Assembly: GCA_050084985.1 (NCBI GenBank)
Contig: JBITNC010000002.1
Location: 12,958,001 to 13,022,000 of the forward strand
Length of the DNA: 64,000 nt
Direction: 5' to 3'
Origin: Nageia nagi
Taxonomy: Eukaryota > Plantae > Pinophyta
In this document: one piece after another, positions 14,500 through 27,814 of the stretch
Numbering within the stretch: position 1 is the stretch's first letter
Layout of the letters: the number at the start of each line of letters is the position of its first letter
Made by a program: the position numbers and the translations under genes
Notes under the pieces: model-generated
What the model was told of the DNA's origin: nothing
Databases searched by the model: none
Seen by the model: the letters and a program-made list of their open reading frames with translations, nothing else

Positions 14500-16450
14500 A
14501 ATGGTACATCTATAAATTAATCTAAAATATATGATTTAGATGTTATTCCTACACATATAAGATCTATAAAAGGACTAAAAGCTCATACTAGTAGAATGGA
14601 ATATTTTATCACTAACCATAGTGAAGCTATCATGAATATCTTAAGAAAACATGAGCTATTAGAGTCAGATCCTGGTACTCCACTTTTGTTAGATTCTTTG
14701 TTTCAATATGAAAATGTAATTTTTTCAAAATGAAGGGTGTCCATCAATAAAAAGTAGAGCATCAACACATTGCCTAGTTGTTCACATGTCATTCATGCTA
14801 CATAAGCAGAACCTTCTAATGCTCTAGAAATGGTATTGGTTGAATATAATCATATACATAATAATAAATCTTTGATAACTCAAGTATATATTCTTGAACA
14901 ACATGAAATAAGTATGCTCAATAACTACATCTACCATGAAAATGATAAGAATATATTAGCTGAAACTAAAATACCTAAAAATATGGATGACCAAATTAAT
15001 ATTTTAATTAATAGAGCTTATGAAAAGAAACATAATTGGACTTGAGAGGAATATTAAATTAAAATTAATATTATAATATAGGCACAAGATTCATATATCA
15101 TTTAGAAAGCTATCGATGATCAATAATTATATTTTATCTTTGAATTATTAGATAACATAAAAGAGCAATGAATTAATAAAATTGGTCCCTTCTTGAAGTT
15201 AAAAGAAGATGAATTAAGGAAAGTGGCTCAAATACCTATTCCAAAACCTATATCCTCACCTTCTTCATAAAATAATATTATTCCTCCATAATCCCCACTA
15301 TTTTCCCCATAGACTAGTCAACCTGTAGTTCAATCTCTCACTTCACAACTCATAGTATCACCTCAACAACACATCATCCAATATTCCATTACACAAACCT
15401 CTCATGTTCTTCCACTTAATTATAACACTCAATTACATTAAATATTTTTAAAAATTGAACAAGCATTTTATAATGATGATGATAATTTCTTACTTTATCT
15501 TAAATGTCCTTTGAGTGATAGAATTGCTTTTAGAGTTTATAAAAGTAAAAAGAGCATTAAGTTTACAAAATTTAATGATTTGCAAGATACAAATATGCAT
15601 GTTAGAAAATTTAAATAAGAATCTATTGAATTTCTCTATGATCTTAATATACTTGCTTAATTATTTTCAAGTAGTTTGAAAGATGATGCATTGAAGTGGT
15701 ATTTATCTCTTCCTAAAAGAAGTGTTGATAAATATGAAGATCTTGTTTTATAGTTCATTACCTATTTCAAATATAATATTTAAGATAAAATTAAATTTAA
15801 GGATTTATGAAAAAATAAGAAAATTCAAGGATAATCTTTAGTTGATTTTATCAAAATATGGAAAAAAGTTGCTAATAGGTTTACTTCTACTAAATAAGAT
15901 TTAAAATATACTTTTGTAATTCTATTTAAGCTAGAGGTACTTGTTCATTATAATATCTCTTTATTAAAAATGATTGATAAATTACTTAAAAAGGAACATT
16001 GTATCTTTCAAAACTATAAAAAAACTTAGAAAAGGCAACAATACAAAGGCAAAAAAATTTACATCTCTAACATAAGTAGCAGTAATGGTAAGTATAGGTA
16101 GGTCATTCCAACCTAACAGAAAGTATACTAAGTTAAATAAAAGCATTTATAATATTATAAATATCTTATTAGATAAATATATTATTAGTTTTCCACTAAT
16201 ATTTCAACATCATTTTCCAAATAATCTTCATGAAAATTATAAGTTTAAAGAATTTTACAATTACCATAGAACACTAGGACACCTCAAGAAGCAAAAATTG
16301 TAGGGATTTAAGAAAAATAATATAGGATCTCATTGATTAAAAGGCTATTAAAATATATGATAGAAAAAAATTGATCTTGGTCATGTTCATCCTAATAATA
16401 GCTGGCTTGAAATTTTCACAGATCCTTTGCCAAAATCGAATCAATAACAT
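14500..16450 (+). pseudogene. Tat/Ogre-type gag pseudogene of element B
   Basis: LFSSSLKDDALKWYLSLPKRSVDKYEDL at ~15661 (Retrotrans_gag-like); YNYHRTLGH knuckle ~16255-16282; LEIFTDPLPK ~16405-16435, paralleling element C gag (VFQNPLPKHN). Confidence 0.8.
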
Positions 16451-16645
16451 AAGTGATGTATTGGAATGGTAAGTAACCTAAATTATTTTCAATATTATTT
16501 ATCTAACAAATGTAGGTGAATAAATAATAAATATTCAACCCTAAAATCCCAATGAGACTCACCAAGAAACAACAATACCTAATATCAAATAATGAGGATC
16601 GCTAGCATCATCAATAATTGTCTATACACTGCTTGCACTATGCAT

Positions 16646-18583
16646 TATTAGGAATGGATCCTAATATGAAAGTATTTGAAAAAGAGGAAAAGTATATTTG
16701 GGTTCTAGTTGGAAATAGAGTGCATGTATTCTTGAAATTAGGTATATATTATCTAAACATAGCTTTAGATATTATTTTTTGCATGTATTGCTTTGTAGAT
16801 TTGATGGTTACATGTAACTAGATTTTCATGTTTATGTAAGACCTTTGATAGAGAGGAGGGTATATCTTATGGATATTGTAAGAGAATATGGGAAGGATAT
16901 CTCTTGTTTTGGAAGTGGTTTCTTCCATGGAGGAGAGATTTATATCTCTTATGTGTATATATCTTATTAAGATCAATATTGTGAGCATGGAGCTAAGGTG
17001 ATCGGGTAGATCAAGAAGAGATGGGTATTTCTCTAGAGCTCTATTAAATGATTATGTATTGGTGAATTTTCTTCTTTTATGAATAAGAAATATGAAAGGA
17101 CCAATGTTTAGAGTGAGGTATTCCACATCAAGTGAACCACTATAAATATCTTCTCTCTCATGTTCATGTATTTTTACCTCTAATTTATTTCTACAACTTT
17201 ATTTTGAAAAGTTTTATTGTTTAAAGTAAATACCAACAATTGGTAATAAAGCTATATTGTTGGGTAAGTGATTAAAATAAGGGATTATTATTTTAGTGGG
17301 AGACATGGTAGAAGAAGGTGATGTGAAAATCAGGAAGCAATGGGAGAAAGGTAAGATGCATATGGTTCATGAAGCATGGTATAGTCATGTTGAGTTTGTT
17401 GTAGCTTGGATGTATGGACTATAGAGATCTCATGTAAAGGTAATATCATTATTTTATGGTATGTCTATTATATTATGTTGTTGTATGGAGATCATTGTAA
17501 TGTGTTGGAGTTACACATGTGATTATACATTATTGATATAATTTAAAGGAGATGTATGCTATGATTTTGCATAAGACGTGACACAACATTTTATAATAGA
17601 GGTTATCATCTGGTATATCTTTTCACCCATTATGTTGTGGAAATGTTTATAAGTAGATTGATGCTAAAATTGGTGTGTAATAATGTTTTGATTCAAATAT
17701 GGTTACAAAAGGTGAAGCCTGATTTGGCTAATGATGATTTATTCATAGTTTAGACAAGGTTAGAGTTTGCACATGGAGTGGGAGTTTTAGCCACTTGTAT
17801 AAAATCCTAATAACTTGTATGAATAGTATGCTCATTCATGTTTGAGTTTTAAGTGTTTTAACAATTTTGTACAAGGATTTCATAGTGTAGACATGGAAAT
17901 CAATGGAGATGTTGGAAATTTCTCAAGGAGGATTTCCTATGAAGGTAGTAATAGGTATCATTGTTGGAAATAAATCTCCAAGTGAGAGGTTGTTAAGAAT
18001 GGAGCTTGATATGAAAGTGTTTAAAAAATAGGAAAAATGTCTTTGGGTTCTAGCTAGAAATAGAGTGCCTATAGTCATGGAGATAGGCATATATTATCTA
18101 AATTTAGCTTTAGATATTATTTATTACATGTATTGCTTTGTAGATATGATGGGTGCATGTAACTAGATTTTCCTATTTATGTAATACATTCGATAGAGAG
18201 GAGGATATCTCATATGTATTTTTTAAGAGAGGATGGGAAGGATATCTCCCATGTTGGACATGGTTTTTTTCATGGAGGAGAGAGTTATATCTCTTGTGTG
18301 TATAGATCTTTTTAAGCTTAATATTATGAGCATAGAGCTAAGGTGATCAAGTAGATCAAGAAGAGATGGGTATTTCTCTAGAGCTTTGTTAAATGATTAT
18401 GTATTAGTGGATTTTCTTCTTTAGTTAATAAGAAATATGAAAGGACCAATGTTTAGTGTGGAGTAGCCCACATTAAGTGAACCAATATAAATTACTTCTC
18501 TCTCATGTTTATGTATTTTTACCCTTGATTTATTTATGTAACTTTATTTCAAAAAGTTTTATTGTTTAAAGTAAATCCCAACA
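16646..18583 (+). mobile_element. TRIM-like non-autonomous Copia derivative (593-bp LTRs, ~750-bp internal region) nested in B
   Basis: Direct repeats 16646-17238 and 17991-18583 ending CCAACA; degenerate Met PBS TGGTAATAAAGC ~17241; PPT AAGTGAGAGGT ~17980-17990; TSD only 3/5 (TGCAT/TGAAC). Confidence 0.85.
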
Positions 18584-19220
18584 TGAACATCACCCAAACT
18601 AGTCCCAATTTTTGTACCTGCATCAACAAATTGTAAGTGTGTCCCTAAGACCACCTAGGTATGTCATGTCATTGGTTAAATTCAAGAAATTAGAAAAAAT
18701 ATGTATTATAGTGTATTTTTATGTTTTTGATTTTCTATCTTTTCATTCACTTTTATGATTGCATGTATGTTCCATTATGTTACTAGGTTATTTTCCTTCA
18801 ACATTTCCCTATATTTTTTTCAAAAATTTAAAAGCATTGATGTCATAAAACTGTTGGTAGGGTGTCCACACCATGCATTTCATGAGATATAAAATAAAAT
18901 AATAATGTTACATGTTCATGTGATTAATTTTCAAGTATTTTAAATATGCATTATAGAGTATTAAAGTTTTTTATAAGAAAAAATTCATGCATGTTGTTAC
19001 AAATTAGGATTTTTGTCAAAAATTTGTAGATATTTTTATCATCTTTTGTTATTGAATTTATGATTACATTCTCCTATGATGTCATTTATGTTATTATTGT
19101 ATTTATTTATGCTAATTATTCCCCTTTTAGAATAAATTAATAAAACTAATACATACACAAGTAAACTAAAAAAACATACATATAAAATATAAACCATTCA
19201 TAAAACTTTTGAATAAAACC

Positions 19221-19229
19221 AATATATAT

Positions 19230-19282
<53 letters not shown>
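19221..19282. repeat. (TA)n microsatellite
   Basis: About 60 bp of near-perfect TA repeat directly 3' of the PMD gene. Confidence 0.95.
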
Positions 19283-19284
<2 letters not shown>

Positions 19285-21135
19285 TGAAAAATGAGTCTTT
19301 ATATCAAGAGTGGCTCCCCTTCTACCACTCCCACTCTCTACCCTATGGCTCTTACGAGCCTTGCTAGATCTAGGGACATGCCTAAAGATCCCAAAATGCC
19401 ACTAGTCATGATGCTATGAGTTTCCAAGAGTATATTATCCTTCCCATACTTCTCCTTCAGCTCCTCAATCTCCTTATGCAACTATTGGTTTATATTTATT
19501 TACTTAGAGATAAATACCTAAGACTCATTAGGAGGTGGCATTCCTTCATCATCTTATTATACCACTCAAGGACAAAACTTTATGCATCTCTCTCTGATAG
19601 AGTGGCATATAGCTCACTCATGATAGTCCTCAAAGTAGCTAACTTGGCATCCATGGGCCTCAATCGATCAACTTTAGCCTTGAATGGCTGAAGGATGTCA
19701 ATCTCCTCCTCCAAGGTGGTTATCCTAGTCATTGTATCCTCTACAAACATAATCAAATTAACATCAATACATGTAAAATTAATAAACAAAATATAAAAAA
19801 TTAAAAATTATACCTAATGGCACCAATGGAATAACCTCTATAAGTAGGTCTATTTTAGTTATGTGGGTCCTTAAAGTTGGGGTCATCTTAGGAGGTGGCT
19901 CCTCACCTAAAATATAAATTTCCTTCTCATCCTTATTGGATGAATCCTACATATAAACCTCCATACCATCCTCCACAGTTGAAGCTGCATCCCAAGTGGG
20001 GCAAGTTTGATGCCTTCCTATCATGCCTCATACCCTAGAACTACATCAGGGGTAAAAGAAATAGATGTTGGTCCATATACCTCAACAAGCTCCTCCCATG
20101 TCCTCTTCTGCATCAGCATAACCAATGCATCCTGAGGCACATTGACCTTGTATATCTATCTAAGGTAATATATAAGCCCCACTAGAATGTCCTTCATTAG
20201 TCCAAATTATCACAATACATGACTAGGATAGTAGGGCTTCACACCCTTCCACTGTGACTATAAGAAGCAATGTTGCCTCACCTAGGCATTTTGATGTGCA
20301 TCCTCATCCCATACATAATATTGATAGGCCACCCACTCAATTTTCTCATCCTAGAGACCATCTAGCCTCAATATCATAGGGCATCCAAAAGTAACCTAGT
20401 ATGGATACCCAACAATACATAGTAAGATCTATAAGATCATTATATTGCCTTGTCAATCTAACAATCTTGAACATAATAAGATTCTCATATGACTAAACAT
20501 GTAGCAAATATGCATGAGCTACTGTAACATTAAACTTATGTATGATCACTATATGGTGTAAGACTTAATATGAATGCATCAGAATATAGGGCACTCACAC
20601 ATATATCATGCCCTTGGCATAAATTTTCCTCACTATCCATACCAACCCAAGTGCAAACATCAAATTATTCTTATTCAAATACAAGAACATTATAATAATA
20701 CAAGCCATCAATAATCAGAGGTTCCTTACCCTCGAACATACTGGCATGCAAGTATAGATAAATCACACAATGATCCTAATTGTGATCCTTGTTTCCTATT
20801 AACCAAGAAAATAAGGTATCCCCCTCTTGCTTCTAGTTAATAGTTGCATATGTGACCAATCTCCCACAAATCAAAATATTCCATATCTTGTATACATCTA
20901 GTAGGATCATAGTCATCTTGACATTAGGGAGATGGCAGGTGTTGGCATCTGGGTTCCATCTCTCTACTAGTGCCTTCAAATGTGGAGATTCAATTTGAAT
21001 ATGGCCTACAATGGTTAGGTTTTATAATCTAACCATCTCTAAGAGCTCATTATCCTAATTAGATCGAATCGAACCTTGGGACCTCTCGAGTGCCTCTAGC
21101 TTCATGGGATCACCTTATATCAAGTGCTTCTGATC
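19283..21135 (-). pseudogene. Plant Mobile Domain (PMD, aminotransferase-like, MAIN/MAIL family) protein with a coiled-coil tail; spliced; antisense within element B
   Basis: HLKALVERWNPDANTCHLPNVKMTMILLDVYKIWNILICGRLVT (~20985-20853) matches the PMD motif ALVERWRPETHTFHLPxGEMTITLQDV. YLLHV*SYE ~20500 matches LLQxWxxE. VKPYYPSHVL**FG ~20243-20200 matches VExxxPxRVLRQFG. A GT-AG intron at 19813-19741 precedes the coiled-coil frame of ORF 19580-19789. Confidence 0.88.
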
Positions 21136-23023
21136 CTGCAAGCCAATAACAACATATAAATTAAATCAAAAATCATATATTTAAAATCAAAGTAATCATT
21201 TAATAAACAAAAATTCTTATTCATATTTTACTATATAAAAATGGTTGTGGAAACATAATTTTTTCTTTCCCTAAAACAATCTGACCCTACAATTAATGTG
21301 TTTCCTTTCTCTCCCATCAAATGAATATCACAAGGTTTAATACAAATAAAAATTGCCTTATCCCCCTTTGATTGTTTCTTTCCTATGGAATCATAGCTAG
21401 GCGTAGGGCTTGAAGAACAAATACTTTTTTTCACACTCTATTCTAATCTTAAAAGTAATCCCAATAACTAGTGCAAATCATGCTTAATCAAGTAAGTAGT
21501 GTTACATAGTAAATTTCACCTCTTATTTTCACTAAAACTACTCCACTATATAAATGTTACAAGTAAAAATATTATTAATTTAAAATACTTCAAATAAATT
21601 TGAACCCATAAATACAAAACCCTCTCCATTTTGTTCGATTTTGTAAGATAGTGAGTAGGTCCTATGGTTTGCAATATGGAAAGAAAGGGAAGAACAAAAC
21701 TAAAATTGCAAATAAAGTATGAAATGAATAAGGTCAACTCACCACATGGTCAACTAGGAGGTTGCAAATATACCCTGACACATATCGTGTCTCCTTGCTA
21801 GCAACCTCTCAACTACTTATCAATCTACCATGTCACCTAGAAATATGCAAAGTAACGATAAAATAACAACTCAACGGGGGTACTTTGTCAAAGATATAGA
21901 ATTATATAGTAAAATAACTCATCATTAGCAAATAGATAGGCAAAAATGGTAGGAATCATGAAGATAGGAAAAGGAGACAAAAAGTGATAGTAACAAATGA
22001 AAAGTCAAATCCCCTTTTTATCAAATTTGGTCTCAAAACCTTAGGTATGCACTTGTTCTTAATTTTTGTAAAATGGTTCATGCAATATTCAAATTCATCA
22101 TTTCTTTGTGTAATGAATTATGTTATCTTCATTAGATTTCTTTTTGAAAAACTAATTTTATGAATTTCACAATGTCCATGCCTTGATTTTACATGTTATT
22201 TTAAGTTAAAGGGGAATCATGAATATTTCCACATATTTTTGACTAAAAATACTATTATTTCATAAATTTATCTCCTAATGATGATTATGATCAAAATCAT
22301 AGAAGACTAGTTTTGTTAATTCTTCAAAAATCAAAGCACCCATTGCATGCTAAAAATGTCTTCATGGTGTCAACACTATAAAATCTTCTTGAATTTCATT
22401 ACAAATTGTAATTGATTTATTAAGGTCATTATTTATTTGAATATCTAGAATACAATATGAATATTGCATATAGTTTCTCTAATGATTGATTTCCAAAGGA
22501 ATGCATGTTTTACTAATGAAATATGAAAGTTTCAAGCCATGGAAACCCAAAGAGCATAATTTTCAAATTGTAGGAAACATGATCTGCAAAATCTCTTACA
22601 AGCTTTGGGAATATCTCTACCTCATCAGGTTGTTGTTTCATAAACTATGAGTTGCAACAACAATAGTCTATTAATGAATGATATATTAATTTCATCCTTG
22701 CTCTTTACTTTTAATTTTACTTCAATGGATACTATCTACACAGGTATTATTTTCTTTATTTTCATGGATCATCTTGGAGAGTAGGACCTCCATGGTACCT
22801 AGCATATTCCTCTACACACATGATGTCATTTTGGCTTATTTACCCTATAGAAGCTACTATGAGGGGAAATCCAAGACCAAAAGGGGAAAAATGAGATATC
22901 ATACTCAACTTACCAATCATGAAAGGGAAGTTTACTTTGACTCTAAAAATTTTTCACTTCTCTAAACTTCTTTGGAATATGTAATTTCCATGCTATTCAT
23001 TTCATATCCAAAGAGGGGCAAAA

Positions 23024-23706
23024 TGTAGATGCTTAAAACTAATTTTTTATCTATTTAATAAATCATATTTTAGACTTCTTTAAGTATTAAAAAGCAATAT
23101 TGCATATAGTACTACAATGCAATGCTATGTTTTATATTAAATGCAATATCATTTATCATGGTTTATAGTTTAAAAGTATCTTGAATACAAAAAAGATTAT
23201 ATTATTGCTATAAGTTAGCTTTCACTCCTTTTTATTTTCTTATAGGTTATGAATACAAGAGTTCGAGGTTGATATCCCTATCAGATCTCTCTAATAGGTG
23301 GTTATCCCATACATCATACTTACGATGTATCTAGATTCCTCCTATTCAAGGATTTGTTATGCTTTGAGCTTTATTATAGATTATATTTTTGTGTGCGATG
23401 TAATTTTGCAAGTTTTACAATGTCAATGCTATAGAGCTCACATGTTGCCAATGGTGTATGCCCTTATGATCCAAAGTTACAAATAAATGAGATGATGATT
23501 AGTGGTTTGTAAGATTCATTATCACCATCAAGTTCATCCTTAATCTGATCTAATCCTTTGCATTCCCCAATTGCCATACCTTAAGGATTGTCTTATCATA
23601 ATCAAGTGCCCACTTTTCATTTATTTCTTTGTATATTTGAATAAGTGTCATCTCATGTACCTATACTTTGTGTTTATATTAATATTTACATAATTTAAAG
23701 GCTACA
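23024..23706 (+). repeat. 3' LTR of element B
   Basis: TGTAG...CTACA termini, preceded by the PPT. Confidence 0.88.
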
Positions 23707-23711
23707 AAAAG

Positions 23712-24780
23712 GAATAAATGAGAAATTGTGAAAAGTTTACGATTACTACAACCAATTTCTATTCCAAAAAATATGAGGAGGACATGTCCATAAACTTTAT
23801 TAAAGGTTTACCTAAATCTAAAGTGAAAATAATATTTTTTGTGATGGTGGGTAGACTTTTGAAATATGTATATTTTTATGTACAATAATATGTAATCATA
23901 GTTAGTAAAGTAGCTAAGGTATGTTTGAATCAAATTTTCAAATTATATGTGATAGAGATCTAATTTTAACTAATAATTTTTGAAAAGAAATTTTTTAATT
24001 AAGTGGCACTAAATTTAAAATGAGTTCAACATATGATCTACAAATAGATGGTCAAATAGAAGTAATGAATAAATGCTTGGGTACTTATTTGAGATTTTTT
24101 CCATAAGAGAAGTAATATCAATTTGTAAAATGGATTTCTCTAATGGAATGTTGGTACAACACTACATATCATCTATCTACCAAGATGTCCCTATTTGAGA
24201 TTTTTTATAGTTAAAAAACTCATTTAATGACCAATTATTTTTCTTATTCATTTAAGGTGAAAGGATTGAGTAATTTCTTACAACAAAGGTCCATGAATTA
24301 TTAAGGCTACTCAAAAATAATTTAAGCTAAGCATAAAATAGAATGAAATGGAAAAAATACCAAAATAGAATAGAAAGAATATTTGAGATAGGAGGTATGG
24401 TATTTTTAAGATTACATTCCTACAAACAAATAATCTCAAAAATAAGACTAAGAACAAATTGGCTCCAAGATTCTATGAACCTTACAAGGTTGTTCTCAAG
24501 ATTTGAGAAGTGGCATAACCATTACAATTACCGCCAAAATAAAAAGTATATCTAGTTTTTCATGGTTATCATATAAAATAGTTTCTTGTATAAAGATACA
24601 ATACTAGACATTGGTTGTTGAATTAGATGAATAAGGACAAGTGATACTGAAACCAAAAGTTGTGGTGCATATACGAGGGAGACACCTAAGATAATAGAAG
24701 ATGATTAAGTTTCTCATCAAGTGGAAAGACCTACTAGACTAGGATGCTACATGGGAGTCAAAATAGTTCCAATATAACCA
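23712..24780 (+). pseudogene. Outer element A, segment 3: integrase core and chromodomain
   Basis: EDMSINFIKGLPKS ~23778; MSSTYDLQIDGQIEVMNKCLGTYLRFF ~24020; GGMVFLRL (ORF 24343); chromodomain FLIKWKDLLD*DATWES ~24710-24760. Confidence 0.87.
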
Positions 24781-27700
24781 TAATGTCCACACTATGATTA
24801 TCAGTAGTATAGGATTAATATTATCAAGGTCGCCTTGAGCGTAGGGAGTATTACTAATATTCATATATATAAGTGTGAAGTTGAAAGCCGTGAAATTTAA
24901 TCAAACATGTATCAGTCAATACTGAGTTATTTACGCCAGAAATTGTTATGTAATAATCAAGGTTAGTTTACCATCTATGCCAACTGCAATTTGCCTTGGC
25001 CAAAATCATTTGGCTTATCCATGGCATGCGTTCTGATCATTACGGACCCCGACATCCTTGAGAATATTGACCCTTCAGAATGTCCGATTATACATCTTGA
25101 AGGCCAATGAAAACGAGCCCACCCTCACCTGGATTGAGACCAGGTATCGAATCCCTGGATTTTTGTTTAAGCTACGAAATCCAATGTTCGACCTTCCGGT
25201 TCGAATGTTGTTGTCAAACGAAACAACCCCATGATGATGTTGTACGATTTGAATGTCGACCAACAAAAACCACAGAAGTGTTAACAAAGATAATATACTA
25301 CAACCTATGTAAACAAACCCTTGTAAACAATCTGAAGTCCATAAATACGTTAGAATGCTAATAGCGATGAAATCCGATCTGCAGCCTGTGCTCCCATAAA
25401 TGGGCTGTAAAAATAATTTTCAAATTTAAAATTTAACTGTTAATAAATTAAAAAAGTTTCATTATAAATCATCAATGACACTTCAGATAATGCAGATATT
25501 GGATGGAATCATTGGAATGCTAAGCCAGTGTACCCTTCTCTTGTCCTTGTGTGGATGGGGACCCGGGTGACGGTGTGTCGGTGATGACTAACGCAAAGGG
25601 GCGGGACATTCAATCCATTCTGAGCGGGACACTCAATGCATTCCAGGCAATCAATGGAAGAATATAGTAAATGAGCGGTCCATTCTCATAAGATGGAGTA
25701 GGCTTTTGTAATGTTATATGATTGAACTTCGATATGTGTGCTTTGAATTGTATTATTAATTATTTTTATTGATTATTTTTATCTTTCAATTAAGTTTGGA
25801 TGTATATATTTTAAATTAGTTGATATGTTAATGAAAGTCAAAATTAATTAGATTCAAGCATTTATTATCAATTTGTTTGTTGTAATAATTTTCAACTATT
25901 TCTGTACGTGATTTAATTAGAATCAACCATCCATAATAGCTTGTTGCAATAATTTTCAATCATTTTTGTATGCTGTCCAAAAATAACATATACCATTTAT
26001 GTATACTCTTTTATTTACTTACCAACTATCCTAATCCTCATTAAGATTCCACAATTTTAAAGTGTGATATTACTGTAAAAATAATTTTTTAATATATATT
26101 AAAAAATTTCATTAAAAAAATGAAAAGGAGATTAAAAATTTAACGTCAAATTTAATGAGTTGTTTGTTCACGACAAATTTGGATGTTTTGAGTTCTTCAG
26201 TAGCATTAAATGGGTTTTACTTATGAAATAATTATAATGACCTGCTTGAAAGATCTGTGAAATTATTTTCCTCCTTCATATCAACGAAATATTCGTTGAA
26301 TTTTTATGTTACTGCATAATGGTCAACTCAAAAAAGCTATTTTGTGTATTAGATATCTTCCCATTAAATAACTGGACCTTCCTTTCAGCTTCTCGGATGA
26401 TTATTCTGAAACGTCTACAGACGAGTTTGATCTTTTTTTTGTATCTGGGAAAGATCTAGACAGATCTTTTACTGTTATTGAGTACATAGAATTATAAATG
26501 GGAATGTTGTTCTATTCTTTGCAGAAATTTCCCTTGTACTTAGCACAGATGTAATTTAAGAATATCATACAGTTTTATAAAGTTAAAGAACAGTTATAAA
26601 GTATTTGAAAATATCACCAGAATTTAGAAATACTTTTTCACAAACCGACAGCCATGACGGGAAAAAACAATAAAAGCAGAAATGAAATTTGCAGACATAT
26701 ATTTTAGATATTATTTATTGCATTGAGAAAATATAAAGATTATTTAAATTTAGTAAACCTTAAAAATTATAATAAGACGAAAGCTTACAATACATACTCC
26801 ATCTTATCCATCTTTTATTGAACTGTTTTACACTGTCAAATCATCTTTTTTTTCTTATTATAACTCATAAACAATTTATCTCCAACTAATTTACTCATCT
26901 CATATCTTTGAAGGAAACTAAATAAATGCTGTATTTGGTATGGCTGAAATAGTTTTCCTCGATGTTTTAAAAATCAATTGTTTCCATTTAAGAGTCATGG
27001 ATCGGCTTAGACTCGGCTAGGACTCTGAAAGTTACAACTTCCCCGCATTAGAGCTCTGCCACTGAGCTAGCTTTCCTGTTGAAGATAATTTTGTGAGACC
27101 CAGAAAAATAACATCCATAAATTATAAAATTAAGGAACAGGTTAACATCATAGGCACTCTACCACTGTACTTCCAAGAATTCAATGCCTTTTCGCTTAGT
27201 TTGATTCTGTTTCATTCAATGTTAGAATCCACAAATAAGTTAAGAAAGTAAATTTTTATATTGCTTTCTGATGGTACCCATATGGTACTGTACTACAGTT
27301 GAACCACAAGGAGGGGTACATATATGGTAGTGTAATAAAATTGAACCACAAGGAGGGTAGTGAGATTAATAATCAACTTCCTACAATGAAAAATTCTCTA
27401 TTTCATCAATCCATTCTTCTTGAACATGCCAAGAGTTAAAATCCATCTATGTCAATTAAAAATGAAAATCATATTAGAATCCATAGATAAGTTAACATAA
27501 AGCCTGCAAACCTTTGGTGTTCTAGAGCCTCCTGAATATAAATATGGCATAGACTTTCTACAACTGAACCACCAACCCAGTTGTTAAGGTATTTGTATTC
27601 AAGTATGCTTTCACCTCCAAACCAAGTGCACTAGTATTGTCCATGTGGATTAACATCCAGAGAGCATCTTCCTAAAGCTCTTGCCATACTCAATGAAAAA

Positions 27701-27814
27701 AAGATAAATAAAAGATTCGAAAACAAATATCACACTGCTATGAAAAAGTAGAGTTTGAGGGTGAATCACAAATTACTTAAAGCTGTACCTTTTCCTCTTG
27801 CCACCATCATTGTT

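Larger units (their letters stand above)
13416..23706 (+). mobile_element. Element B: non-autonomous Tat/Ogre-related LTR element with gag and an antisense PMD gene, no pol
   Basis: LTRs 13416-~14094 and 23024-23706; near-TSD CAAAG/AAAAG; PBS TGGTGAACCC at 14099-14108; PPT AAAGAGGGGCAAAA at 23010-23023. No RT, RH or INT motifs recognisable inside. Confidence 0.88.

Noticed and set aside
25525-25548. GTGTACCCTTCTCTT resembling a miR529 star or target sequence
   Set aside because: Too many mismatches and no partner arm nearby.
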